DNA of 64,000 nt from the NCBI GenBank assembly GCA_002269645.1, contig NIVC01000221.1:248001-312000 (forward strand), written 5' to 3'. Made by a program: the position numbers and the translations under genes. The notes under the pieces are model-generated. The model did no database searches. It was given only the letters and a program-made list of their open reading frames with translations, and was not told the DNA's origin. Origin of the DNA: Macrostomum lignano. Its lineage: Eukaryota. Below, in pieces: positions 25,673-40,450 of this stretch (position 1 is its first letter; each line of letters begins with the position of its first letter).

Positions 25673-25871
25673 GGCTGAGTGGGTCTGGATGAAGCTGTGA
25701 GGCTGAGTGGGTCTGGATGAAGCTGTGAGGCTGAGTGGGTCTGGATGAAGCTGTGAGGCTGAGTGGGTCTGGATGAAGCTGTGAGGCTGAGTGGGTCTGG
25801 ATGAAGCTGTGAGGCTGAGTGGGTCTGGATGAAGCTGTGAGACTGAGTAGGACTGGATGAAGCTGTGAGAC
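25643..25871 (+). repeat. 28-bp minisatellite, ~8 units, overlapping the B3 stop
   Basis: Nearly perfect GAGGCTGAGTGGGTCTGGATGAAGCTGT units. Confidence 0.95.
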
Positions 25872-26999
25872 TGTTCGAACTAATAGCAAACACTGAAAAG
25901 AATTCCGAGTAAGTAATTATCGTGGCGAACCTATACCAAAAATACACGAGAATCAGATTTTGGCTGCGCGTTATGTCTTATTGTTTATGTAGCTACCTGA
26001 AATAACAACTGCAAATACAAAGTTTCAAGTGTCTTTTTTCTACGAATTTTTCCCTTTTATTTTAATATTTAGCCTGATATCCGACATGAACCACAGACAG
26101 GTATTTGACGACTTGAGTTAGGGTGCATTCTGCATAACGACGTAAATGATGGTCCAGTGAAGCGAAGCAAGAAGGAATATAAAACTGTATCTTGGAGTTG
26201 GTGCAGTGTCGGTAGAAGTTTTTTTGGAATATCTAGCTGAGGTCCTCTTAGCCTTTCGCAAGCTAAAATCAATTTGTAGTTTGCAAGTGACTGTAGCCCC
26301 AAACTTTTCACCTGGAATGAAATACATAATCTCTTCTTTAGCCATTCGGAATTCCAAAAGATGAGGTAAATGGAAATCAGTATAGAAAAACACAAAGCTT
26401 CCGATGTCTCTGATGCATATTGCAGCGAAATACAGGCCTCAAGGGACTGTGTTCTGCTACTGTTTCTCCACAAGCCATCCTCTTCACCAGCCTCTTCCTT
26501 GATTTCATTTTCTCCGACTATTTCAGTTTCAAGACATATCCTGCCGGCCTCATCTTCATGCGCACTCATGGCGATGGCTGTTAGATCTCTATCGAATTCG
26601 ATGAGTTCGATTGATGAGCCGGTTGGAGTCACACAATACTCTATCGACTCTGTTTCTGTTGAACTTCAATTCAGCGGGCTGTCGCCATTGAAAGGTTTTG
26701 GCCATAGACTGTTGGAATGAATTTTCCAATTCAGACACTGTAAGCCTATAGAAAGCAGGTAGTTTGTTTAAATTGAATTATCGTGGGAATGACAATCCAC
26801 TACATTGGAACTTTGTAGTGCTTTTATAGTGTGAGTATTTTTTTGTATTCATCCCAATAATGCATCTGTTTTAGTGACTCACGACTCAGTAACATTTATT
26901 CAGAGCAAACGACTCAGTAACATTTATTCAGAGCAAATGATGTATTTATTGCTTAATGCCTTAAGCCTGCATCTCATGATTTTCTTTTACGAGCTAGAT

Positions 27000-27465
27000 C
27001 ACGGGTTGGCAAAACAAGGCTCGCCGGCCACATGCGGCCCGCGAAGCCTGTTTTATTCGACCCTCGGGTCCTTTAAAACTTCACAACAGCAATCCGGGCC
27101 TCTCAATACTTATGTCGCTTCTCAACTCCTTATCTCCTCTTCTTTCCCCTCTCTTCTCTCCTCTCTCTTCTCTCCCCTCTCTTCTTTCCCCTCTCCTCTC
27201 CTCTCTTTCCCTTCCTCTCCACTCTTTCCCCTCAACTCCTCTTTCCTCTTCCCCTCTCTTCCCTCTTTCCCCTCCGTTCCCCTCTTTCCCTCCTCTCCCC
27301 TTTTCACTTCCTTCTCTTTCTTATCTCTTCTTTCATCCCATCTCTCGACTCTCCTCTCTTCTCTTATCTCTCATTTTTTTCTCTCTCCTCTCCACTCTCA
27401 TCTGGCCCGCAATCATGAGCTGGATTGTTTATCTAGCCCTTGATGAAAAAGTTTGCCGACCCCTG
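27000..27465 (+). mobile_element. hAT-Charlie-like MITE with CT-rich core
   Basis: TIRs CACGGGTTGGCAAA / TTTGCCGACCCCTG, subterminal GGCCACATGCGGCCCG; left flank AGCTAGAT resembles the Charlie target, but the right flank does not duplicate it. Confidence 0.65.
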
Positions 27466-27787
27466 TAACTGACTCGTGAATTTTCTCATAAAAAGCCTCG
27501 AAGAAAATTGTCACGGCTTAAACGCATTGTCCCCACTCCTTTGTAATTCCAGTTGCTAGGGCGAATGCCACCTTTTTGCCCGACGTCCTACTCACTTATG
27601 CTGCTTGACGAGCGCACAGAACTTGATGTCAACTCTTCTCAGAGCTGCTGTTGAACTTGTAAATCAAACACGTTCCACCCCGAGAATTGGCATCGTAAAG
27701 TTTAGTTTCACAAAAGATATAACTGACGCGTTATATTTGCGTTATATTGTCGCTCTAAACTGTGGGATTAGTGTGACGTTCAAGCCT

Positions 27788-28115
27788 AGGTGGTTGTAGC
27801 CAAATGGCTTGATTGTCAGACTCACGACTGAAAGCTTGGGAGTTCGATTCTCGACCCGCTCGGAACAATTTGTGTCCTTGAGCAAGACAATTAAATCTGC
27901 ATTGCTTCAGTTCACCCAGCTGTAAAATGGGTGCCAGCATTAGCTGGGGTAATTTAGTGGTGACCACAGAATATACTGTGGTGGTGACACCCCAGTCCTT
28001 GGACTGAACAGCCGTACGCAGCCTTCAGATGCGCCGCGCAATTGCTGCGGCTGAGCTGTCGGTTGCACGTACATCTGCTCATTAGAGCGGGTGTAATTAA
28101 TGATTACTATTATCA
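27788..28115 (+). mobile_element. SINE family 1 (duplicated copy of 10141)
   Basis: Same body and same flanks as 10141-10500. Confidence 0.7.
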
Positions 28116-29385
28116 TTTTTATTAAGTACGAGTAACGTGTCTCATCTTGGTCGTCGTTTGAGTAATTCCTGCTATAAGCTAAACACAATTTCATGTATAG
28201 CGATAACACACTCATACGGATGCAACAGTTACAACTCTCTGCATCGCTGACTATCCGAAAATAATGCTTGCTACGTCACCTTTCGTCCTGACCTACTCAC
28301 GTGTGACAGACACTCAACTCTTGAGGGAATCTCTTGAGAAACTACTGCTGTTTAACTTGTAAATCAACCGAAATCCAATCCTCTTATCTACACAACACTG
28401 ATAAACTGATGCGAAGGCGTTTAAGCCGATCCGTTAAGAAAATCACATCATTTGCTTTTTTGCCTACTGAAAAGTAGCGGTATAAAAATTTCGGCATAAT
28501 GCCAAAATCAGAGTATCATTTTTTCACACTTTAAATTAAATATTTAGTCTCGTGTGGCCTAGCGCTTTAGTAGCGAGTCCTAAGGATACATGAAGCTCGA
28601 TCTTCTGAATCGAGACACTGCATGGTAATCTGTTTGCAGCTTTGTGGGGGATGCTGTCACAATTCTGTCGAAAATTCTCATTTGTACTCTAAGGAAAATG
28701 GCGAATTTGTCTGTAAAATTTGACTGTCAGAAGCATTTGACTCCCACCGATCAAGTACGAGTAAATTACCATGCTTTACAAGCTTGCATGGATATAAATG
28801 TTATGGTACTTACGAGCTATGTGGCTTGATTTGTGATTGCGGTGTCAGAGGGCAGCAACACCCTGTATCACCTGATTTGGGAGTGGCATGTCTAACCGAC
28901 ATCAACACAGATTTAAGAGTTGCATGTCTAACAGACACCAACACCCTCTTATTCCCCGACTTAGGCGTATCTTTGGTATCAACACACGGTCATCATAAGC
29001 AACACAGGAATATTCTGTTAGGTTGTCCACTTAAATAATTCAAGGTTCACATAAAACAGCTCACAAGCGTCTGAGCGAGGAGACTGATCGAGTGCTCAGC
29101 GAGGCGGAATTCAGTTGAACGTCCTTGACTTAACAGCGTCCTTGAATCAATTTTAGTGGTCCATGAGGGCAACACGGGCTTACAAAAGAGCCAAATGCAG
29201 TTGATTTCTCACTGGCTGAGTCCCCAGGTAACCAGACAGCCATTCCCGAGTGGAAAAAACTCCAGAAGCTGTTGCAATCAAAACATAAGCCGGTAGCCAG
29301 ACTAGTTCTTCACAGCACAAAGCTGGAATATTCTGAAACGCCAAAAACTCCAAACACTGACCGTAAAGACCAGCACAAGCTTCAA

Positions 29386-30326
29386 ATGTCTTCAAAAAGC
29401 TCTTCTGTAGGCTACTTGATGATGTGGGCGGCGTTCGGAAGCTGCTTGACTTCGGTACCGCCTCATCCGACGGCATTCCGCTACATCGGTTGCTTCGTGG
29501 ACTCTGCGGACCCCGATATGGCAGGTCTCGTTGGAGTCACTGCACTCGGTCCGCATTCGACCCATTCAGAAAATCCTTTTCTTGTTCGAAACACTTCGAT
29601 GACGCTGCAGCTGTGCAGCCAGATCTGCGCTTATGGGAGATTTCGGTACTTCGGTACGAGGTACCGTGCATACTGCTGCTGCGGCAACAGCTACGGCTCG
29701 TTCGGTCCCGCCCCGGAGAGTGACTGCTCGTATTATTGCTACGGAAACTCATTCCAAATCTGCGGTGGAATTCAGAGGAACTCCGTCTACGAAAATATTT
29801 ATAATCAGGGTAAGAGTGATTTTTCTGAAGCGCTTGTTGTTTTTCTTGCCATAACGAGGCACAGTACGTTCTAACGTCGTTAAAACGTCAACAACTCTCA
29901 CACGAAGCTGGATGCCAGTAACAAATTAACTATTTCTAAGATGTTCTTTTTAAAACTCTGCTGCAAATGCACACTTTTTGAAAATGCCTATTGAATAAGT
30001 CACAGAGATTTGCCCATATAAATGCGCTCCTATTTGTGACGTAGTTTTTTTACTGAATTCTGTTTTAATTCAACTTTGCAGCTGACCAAACAGTGACAAA
30101 GCTGGCAGTTTCTGCCATGCCGAGCATCTCAGCTTCACTGAGCTTCATCACCCACAGCAGCGTCTCTGCCAAGAGCGCCATCCAGTGCGCTGCCGCCTGC
30201 AAGCGAAGCCCGGACTGTCAGGGCTGCGCCTTCGTGCCTTCGAGCCGCATGTGCCGCCTGCTGAGATTCGCCGCTGTGCCCGCTGAGGTGGCCAGCGAAG
30301 CTGAGTGGGTCTGGATGAAGCTGTGA
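29386..30326 (+). CDS. WSC-PAN secreted protein, subtype C copy 2 (C2), 222 aa
   Basis: Exons 29386-29809 and 30082-30326 (GTAAGA...TTGCAG, 669 nt in frame); canonical YIGCFVD. Only ~1.5 units of the 28-bp repeat (30297-30340). Confidence 0.88.
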
Positions 30327-32484
30327 GGCTGAGTGGGTCTGTTCGATGTAAATGAAAAAAACTGAGAAGAATTCTGAGTAATAATCGTAGCAAACGTCAA
30401 AAGTACACCAGAATTATATTTTGGCTATGCTTTATTGTGTTAAGCAATTTCAAATATCTACTTCAAATTTGAAATTTTAAGAGTGTCTTAATTGATTGAG
30501 TCGAAAAAATCAGTTACATGTAAATTACGTTTTTGGATAGTTATTTGGATAGTTTACCGTCGATTTAACTAAGAACTCCATGGCTAGACTATGTCTTGTG
30601 CTGTGCTTTGGCTAAGGTTTCTGTCTTATTATTTATAAAGCTATCTACATTACTCGTAACAAACGCAAATCCAAGGTTTTAAAAGTTTTAAGAGCTTTAT
30701 TTTATTGTCTTTTCATTTTCTATTTTCAGAACTTTTGTGTATGGTATAGAAAACATATTCTGTTATGTGTATCGAAAATCTCAGCTTTTGAATACTGGGT
30801 TCACCATCTATTTAACCAAGAACTGTATGACTAGAATATGTCTTATGCTATGCTTTGGCTATGGTTTCTGTCTTATTATTTATAAGGCTGTCTATAATAA
30901 CAAATGCAATTTCAAACTTTAAAGTGTCTTTATTTTCTTAATTTGTAAAAAAAGATTTTTAACGGAAATAGACACCTGTTTCCACCTTCTAGCTCGTATC
31001 TATAGGGATAGCTGGTGTTGAGACATCTCAACATCAATGAGCTGAGGTAAGAAGCCCGAGAGGGTTGCTTCACAAACGTGAAATTTCACAACAGCTAAAT
31101 CACCTACTTTCATAAACGCGATACTTCACGAATCATAACCGAAAAAAAATTGCCGTCACTTTCACAACAACTAATTAATGTCTTCAAATTTTACAACCGC
31201 TAAACTTCACTTTAGCTGAATGTCATCTACTTTCTTTTTAGTAGAGCGCCAACTTGGCACAGATACGAGAATGGTAGGTTTTCCTGTTTTGTAATAGTGA
31301 CGAGAAGAGTTTATTTATACATTCGCATTCTCGGGGCCTTCATAAGACAGAAATTTCACATCGTAGAAAACTTACGATATCAAGGACCATGCAGAATTTT
31401 CGGCGTTATGAAATTTCGGTCTTGTGAAAGCGACCCGTCTTCTCTTCCGTAAGTTATGCGAAAAATTTTTTGTGTACCCGAGCTATATCTGCCAATATCC
31501 ACCGGTTGTGTAAGTTTCGCGTTTATGAAAGCAAGTGCTGGTAGCGGTTTTGAAATTTTGCGTTTGTGAAACCCACCCGCCCGGAGATAGAAAAATAAAG
31601 AGAGAGGTTTTGGTGCCGATCGATGAAAGCGATCGAGCGCTTCACGGCAACAGAGGCTCAACTAGCTCGTACCATTGCGATTCTCACTACACCACCTCCC
31701 CCACTGAGTCTTTGGTGCTATCCACATTGTAGAGTAGACAGTAGAGTTGTTGGATTCTTTGCTGAACAGAAAATCTTTAAAAATTGTAGAGCCTCTTCTA
31801 GGCGTATGCAAAAAATCGAGAAGAGGCTCAATCCGTCACGGGTGAATTCGCCAGCACGTGAATGCAGAAACAGGTGCTACTGGGAAATACAGCGCTGCGT
31901 GACACATGCTCCCAGCTTTTTCTCCAAAAGAGAGAGAGAGGGAGGAGAGAGAAGAGAGGGGGAGAAGAGAGAGAGAGTGAGGTTTGGATGCCGGTCGATC
32001 ACAGCGAGCGCTTGACAGCATCAGAGGCTCAACTACCATCGCGATTCACACTACACCACCTCCCCGCCCCCCTGAGTAATCCTTGGCGCTATCCACACAT
32101 TGTAGAGTAGTAGATTCTTTGCTGAGCAGAAAAACTGGAGAAATTGAAAAGCCTCTTCTACGAGCGTAGACGTATGCAAAAAAACAAGAAGAAGCTCAAA
32201 CCGTCACGGGTGAATTCATCAGCAGAAACGCAGAAACAGCTGCTGTTGGGAGCTAAAAGAAAAAACCCACGCATCATCGAAAGCTTCAAAGTGTTTTTTT
32301 TTCAGAATGCGAAACTCTTCCCAGATGAGTCAGGTAAAGTAAATGTTAGATTAGAAAAGACAATTGATAAAAATTACTGTAGTTTTCTACTACTAAAAGA
32401 AAACTTTCTAAAAGTAGTTGCTCATCTGGTGCAATCAACAAGTTAAGACCTTGTTTTATAAACTATAGAAGACACATCGATTCA

Positions 32485-33753
32485 GCGGAGCACCATGCTG
32501 ACATGCACAGTTCGCGCCGATCGCGGTGTCCCAGATGGCCTTCGTGGTATCCAGGGAAACCAAGCTCCAAGCTACATGTTTATGCGCAAAGGAAACGTGC
32601 TAGTGTTGAAAATAGTTGACAGGAAGAGCTCGGGCCTAAAGAAAGTTTACTTCCTTGACACGCAAGGCGTAGCCCAACTTCACCCTGTTCACCGAATCGT
32701 GCGAAACGAACTGATCATCCAGCAGAAGCAACAGACAGTTGTGTCGTACAACAGATTTATGGGTGGTGTCGACAGGCTGGACTCTGCCTTGCAGCCATAC
32801 AACCCATGCCGGCGGACTCAGAAGTGGCCCACAAAGCTCGGCGCGCACCTTTTTCTTGTACTGTCCAGAAATGCCTGGGTTGTGTACCGATAGTGCGGCG
32901 GAGGTACACTGGAGTTTTTAAAGTTTTTGGAGACCATCATCAAGAACTTTATCGACTCCTCTGGACCAGGTCGTGTAAGAGCTGCTCGGGCACAGCAGCA
33001 GCCAGCAGTGGCTCACCAACAGCACTCGCTGAAGCGCATTGAAGCCACCGAAGCGCAAGCCCGACCAACGAAGCGGTGCAGGCAGTGCTACAAGAACGGC
33101 CAGGCCAAGAAAACAGTCTTCTGCTGCGGCTCTTGTGAAGGCAACCCTGGACTGTGCGCAGCCCCCTGCTTTGCCGACTGGCATGCCGCTCAGGTGTAAC
33201 TTAAATTTGTTTTTAGTTTTCAAAGCCAAAGGTAGCTCATTTTTAATTGACAAACATTATGCGGCATAACTTCGGTTTCTCGCTCTAAATTATTTTCCGG
33301 ATTCTTTTAAACTTATAGTAAAAAAATTTCATAATCTGGAAAGGCCCGAAAAAAAGTAACGCAGGCTTAAAAGCATATTGGGCAGTATTAAATGCCTGAA
33401 AATCCAGTAAAAAATTTATTGCAGGAAACCGAATTTATGCCCAAAAGCCATCTGGTTATAAACAGGTTATGTTATTGTTACTGTTTAGCTGTTAAACATT
33501 GTTCATACATTATAGCAATTTATGTTCTTGATTTTTTATGTTTCTTATTAAAAATGACTACATCAGATAGAAAAACTCGTTGACCGTGATCTACAAAATG
33601 TTTTCTGTATAGAAAATAGTCATGGCCTGCTCCGCAGGCCAAAGCCGCAAGCTACGGTTATTTAGACTTATTTTTCGAAACAGCATCGAAATGATTCGCA
33701 AGCCATAGACCATGAGCTATGGCCTGCAGAGCAGGTCACCCGCATCCTCGGGG
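32485..33753 (+). mobile_element. 5'-truncated piggyBac (second family) with defective transposase C-terminus
   Basis: ORFs 32495-32893 and 32927-33199 are in one frame split by a TAG; MGGVDRLD motif and CRQC...CCGSC...LC..PCFADWH; right end ...CCTCGGGG|TTAA (33754-33757). Confidence 0.9.
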
Positions 33754-34276
33754 TTAAGCAATCACCGACAACTGAGCACCGAGCGACAACACTTGAATTT
33801 GATTTACTAAAAAGGCGAGATTTCTTGGAACTTAGGTAAGATATTTAAATCAGACTACTATATGGAAAGGAAAGGGAAGCGCTTGTACGCTTGGGGAAGG
33901 AAGGGAAGGGCTTGTACACTGGGCCAAAGAGGCATGGTAGTAACACGCAGAAAGGCATAATGTCTTCAAAATGAGGACATCTGACTCAGCTCTATTTTTA
34001 GCGCGGCGCTCAACGTAATACTTTTACGTTACTTTTAGTATTAAGAATGGTGGATACTTTTAAACAAATTGATGGGTTTCGGCCTTTCAGCCCCTTGTGG
34101 GGAAGCCTTCGGGCCTCAGGAATAAATCAATTAGTCCTGGCCCCCCACTCCTGTCAGATGGTCAGCCCCATGGTAGCTTGATCGTGTGGCGAGCAGTCTA
34201 GGTCCTATAGCTAAGAGAGGGACAGCGAGAGACAAGCAGGGAGAATTTTGAAGGTAGAAATTAGTTAATCCGCAAA

Positions 34277-34615
34277 GGGGGGCCGTAGCCCAGCGGTAGC
34301 GCAGCTGCTCTGGTGTGCCAGCGACCCAGGCTTGATTCCAAGGGCAGTCACATTAATTTGGGGCTGAATTGGAATCTCGGCTTGGCTCTGCTCGTGCAAT
34401 TAACGGCCTTGAGAGCCAACCCCCCAAGGCGCAGTGAAGTGTACATGCCTAACGATAAAATAAAGTTAGGGCCGCTGTACACTCCTGTGTGAGTGTGTGC
34501 CTGCGTACGTATCCGCGCGCTTGTATGCCTGCTCAGGGGAGTCGGCGGAATGGGCAGTAATGCCTCTCGCCGGTTGTGTGCCTATGTCGCTTAAAGTGCG
34601 CCAGGGTGCACACAC
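34277..34615 (+). mobile_element. tRNA-derived SINE (family 2)
   Basis: A-box TAGCCCAGCGG, B-box-like GGCTTGATTCC; near-identical inverted copy at 39754-40125. Confidence 0.75.
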
Positions 34616-37432
34616 GCTGCCACCAGCCCGTACGTCCTGGCTCACCACACCGGGACTCTCGAAATCGGGCTTCCGACTAGAAGGGGCTTTGCACTTACCA
34701 GCCAACTAGTGTCGTTTTGCTGTCTATCTCGAAGTCATAGCCGATGATAAGGGACACTGCTGGGACTAGATCGCATTGGCCATGCAGGTACAGAGGGGAC
34801 TTGTGCAGGGGATTCTTGCAGTGGTGAGACTATGGGGTAGCTACATGTACTATTACATTGCTAAATACGAGGAAATGTACTTTTGGCTTTCAACGCACCA
34901 ACCAGCCTCTCCTAGCGCTGATGATAGGCTAACTCGAACTTCAGAGACCGCATGATTCATTACCCGAGCGCTTGCCGAACCTAGAGTGCACAAAGTACAT
35001 CTCTAGCGCCGATTCTGCACTATTGGCAATTTCGCTAACTGATTTGATAGATTGATCGACTGAGAACTGCCTTGCCATTGGTCCACTGTGACCGGCGCCT
35101 ACTAGCTTAGCTACTCATCTGAGCCATCGGCAAACAAAGAAATAAAACCGGTAAAATAACTGTCAGATTTAACCTTCTCCTTAGATCACTTCACACCTCA
35201 GATTTGAATTGGAGTTGTAGACTACTAGCAGTATTATTGAATGACTTCTGCCTCAGTAACAGCACTACTGAACAAAATGAGCAAAAGTGTGCGCCTAATC
35301 CAGCTACTGAAACAGGGGGCAGATAAGGAATCACCCAATCAAGCAAGTCTAGGTAGCCTCTCACCCAACCAATCAGAAACTCAACAGCCGGAGACCAGGT
35401 AATCCACAGTGATCGAATCGGCTTAGTGCTTCGCAGCTGTAGACCCGGGATGATGCTGATGTCACAACCTTCGCAGGTAGCTAGCAGGTGATGCTCTCGA
35501 CTTTGATGTTCACTGCTGATGACCGGGGGAATTCGTCCTTGATGATGATGGGGGGAAGTCGCAATCCGGGGATCAAGAAACGACGGTCGAGCTCCGGGAA
35601 CCAGAAGTTGCGTACTGGGCCCGAGCGAGGAAGAGCCAGGTCACAAGAAAGTTGCCGTCCGAGCGGGCCAAAAGCACCGGTTTAAATAGCCGCCAACTGG
35701 ACCGCAGTTTGTTATAATGGAACACGTCGATTCTGATTGGCTGAGCCGATTTGTTAAAATGAGCGTCGAATTTTCTGATTGGCTAAGCTTGAAGAATCAC
35801 GTGACCGGGAGATCCTATCAGTTCTCTCAGGGTCGTAAAAATACGACAGGTGCGGTCATAAATCACTCAAAATCGCTAAATAATGATTTATGACCTTTCG
35901 CGTAGGAATGACAAAAATTAATGAAAAAATATACATTAGAAAGCTCTTATTAAGTAGACAGTGAAGATAATGAAGAGAAATAGTTAATCGCTAATCCCAA
36001 AGTACTTTTAGGGGTAAAACGCATAGCTGTCAAAGCTGTAGTATTGAAGCCGAACAATAGGCCCTGACCTCATAAATCTTGATGGCCTGTCAAAAATGCT
36101 GAAAAAAAGCCATCATTCGCATCCTCTCAGACCATCTGGCGCCAGTCTCAGCACTGAGTGAGGCGCAGGCGGCTGTCAGACCAGCTCAAAAGCGATGATT
36201 TATGACCCAAATAGCTGCGCCTATGTAATTAAAACTACTAGTATGGCAAAATCATATATCTAGTATAAATTCTGTGATAATTCGCATTAAAAGGAGAAAA
36301 ATGTCCTTATACCTGCTGTTAGTAGGCTAGTAAGTTTAGAGCCCATGTGCTAGCGCGTGATTTGAAAAAAGTGCGTCCTCATCAAAATGATTAAAATTTT
36401 ATGGCAAAGCAAACAAAGCATAAAGTAGAAAATAGTCTTTAAACGATTGAATAGTAATTTAATGCATTTGTTGCAGAAGCTAATAGTGAAAATATAAGAA
36501 TGATGTGCGTGATTTTGACGTAGTATTGTTTTTGCTATGTAAAACTATATAAGGCGTGTTAATGATAAGGCAATAAAGGCACGCAAAAATAACTCTTGAT
36601 TAGCTGCTACGCTACGCTGCTAGCTGCTACGCTCGTACAATAGGAAAGTCTGCACCCTTCCTAACCTGCAGAGTTTGTTGGTTAATTGATTTTTACTAGG
36701 TCGGCACGCCCTCCGTCCTCGTTGATATTTCATTATCAAAAATTTCAGCGCGACGGACATCATATGATAGTAAACGGCAAATTTTTTAATGAATTACATT
36801 GCACATTTCAATTATTATTTAAAAACCTATTATTTTTAGGGTTAAAAATGGGATTTATGGGATTTTCATTCAAAGATGGCTATAATTTTGCACAACTCGT
36901 TGGTAGACTGTCGTTGCAGCTGAGGTGGCTATATTTTGTTGAATAAATATTACATACATGTACATGTATCAAAGCAATCAAAGATATTTCAAAGCAATCG
37001 CAGGTACAACTCTTATTCATTAAACTTCCCCAAATGTACTTTCAAATAGGTTGTTACAACAGTTGTTACATGCAGTCTGGCTCAATACAGCGACGTTTAG
37101 AATCTGCGCCTTAAAAACTGCTGGATTCAATCTGCTAGGGCTGCTCTCAGCACCTCATCCACATCTCAAAGTAAAGACATGAGCAGGTGAATAAATAGAT
37201 AATTCAGCTAGATAATAGAGATAAAAGAGCTCTGGCAAACTGTCAGAACGAAAACAGAAGACGTTACTATTTCTTCAGTAGTATATAGAAGGCATTTGCT
37301 TTTTGTTTGCACAATTCTGCAGCAGCGTCTCGTATAAAACTATGGCGAGCAAACAAAAAAAATAATGTATAAAAGTGAGCAACACGAAGAATTTTCCGTC
37401 AATTGTGACAATCCCAGGCATCCAAGATCGCA

Positions 37433-38802
37433 ATGCTTGGGCTAGTGTTTATTCGAGCATCCTGCATCCTGGCTGTTCTGGCAGCCAGTGTGTTCACCAG
37501 AGAGGTCCAGTTCTCCTATGTCGGCTGCTACAAGGACAACTCAGTCAGGGACTTGGACGGACTGGGTGGCGTGAGCAGAATCGGTGAGTTCAGCGTCACA
37601 ACCGGAGTGAAGAGCAACCAGCAGAGTCACGAGCTGTGCAGCAGCGTCTGCTCTCTGGGCGGCTTTCCGTACTTTGGCGTCCAGGTGGGCCGTCAGTGCT
37701 TCTGCGGCAAATCCTATGGATCGCGCGGAGCTGCTGCTGAGAGCGAATGCAGCACCGCTTGCCGCGGAAACGGCTCCCAGACATGCGGAGACGCGTACAA
37801 GAACTCCGTGTTTGCGCTGACCTACCCGAGTGAGTGGCGATATGCCGACTTGCAGCTGGCGATGAGGCTAGCACGAATGGCTATTCTGTTTACTCCTGAG
37901 CACTTTGCTTTGCTAGCGGAGATTCTAGACATAGACAATAAGGTTAAGGCCGTGAGCCAGAGTGAGGTTGATTGAACACTTTCTTCTACCATAGACAAAA
38001 CGTGTCCCGCGAATACAGGGAGCGGAGAATACTCATAGTCTCCGCGAATCCAGTCAATATTCTCCGTTCCTTGCATTCGTGGAATTACACTTCAATAACC
38101 AACTGAAACGAGGAGAATGTCTATGCAGAATCTCCGAGGCAACAGAAAGTACCAAAGGAAAAAATGCGAGCGAAGCGAGCATAGACATTCTCCTCGTTTC
38201 AGTAGATTATTATACATACTTCTCGTTCCTTGTTAGCTTGGTGATTTTGTTTCCTTTTGAAAGTTTTGAAAGGGATTAACGTTTAACCAACAAAAGTAAT
38301 CACCCTTTGATCTTAATTACGTAGTTTCTATCCAATGAATTATTGCTAATCTGATTTCATTTATCTTCTTTCTGCATGTAAGTACCATTACCTTCTTCAA
38401 ATTTACAATTTGGAAGTGACCTACAAAGTTGAAAATCTGGCAACCAGCATCCTACAATTAAGTATAACTGCAGTTAGTAGTCACTGCAGGACTTCAATTA
38501 GCCTGTCTAACGCTCATGCAGCATCTCGCACATGTAATTCAACAATGCTTCAACCGAATTTCGCAGACAAAATCTGCTTCAGAAGGGCTGCCATGCCGGC
38601 CCTGACGGTGGAAGCGACCTGGCTGACCTACTGGAGTCGAGCAGCAGCAGCCGATGTTGGCTTCGTGACTCTGTGCGAGGCCAACCCCGACTGCCAGGCT
38701 GTGATTTTCTCTGGCCAGCAGCGCCTGTGCCACCTGCTGAGGTTCGCCTACCCGCCTGCCAACCTGAGCAGCACCGATGGAGTGTACTTTGTTCGAGGCT
38801 GA
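37433..38802 (+). CDS. WSC-PAN secreted protein, divergent subtype A copy (A3), 210 aa
   Basis: Exons 37433-37829 and 38567-38802 (GTGAGT...TCGCAG, 633 nt in frame); leader, YVGCYKD, full WSC Cys set; exon 2 has F where A2 has its second Cys (DVGFVTLC vs DVTCVMLC). Confidence 0.85.
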
Positions 38803-39269
38803 ATTTCTGCATCGCATATTATAGTAGATCTACTACATTCGGGAATCCCGAATTGACTTTGTCACACACGGAAACGCCTAACAGAATTGCAGCTCTGAGC
38901 AAACTCAACGCAAGTAAATTTTCATACTGAAAATGAGGATATATTAGTCACAATACTGTAATGTCTGCAAAGCAATTAGCTATACGTGAAGCAAAATATA
39001 TTCGATAGAACCTTTAGGCGACTGCTTCTGATTGACAAGGAATCAATAAAAGTTTAATGGATAAAATTTCATGGTGCCTGCAAAGGATCTACGCAAGCTA
39101 CATTTTGAGGAATATTCGAGTGTATTGTGCTGTAGCTATGGTACATGTAGCTATACAGAAATAAGCGCAGCGCAAGCTACAAGTACATTACTACATATGC
39201 AATATTAGTCACTCGCCTCCCTGCTCTCAACATCAGGAGGGACTTTTATACGGCCATCACTGGTCGAGA

Positions 39270-40450
<1,181 letters not shown>

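Noticed and set aside
34277-34350. tRNA genes at SINE heads (also 10141, 27788, 40050-40125)
   Set aside because: No complete cloverleaf; each continues into a shared SINE body.
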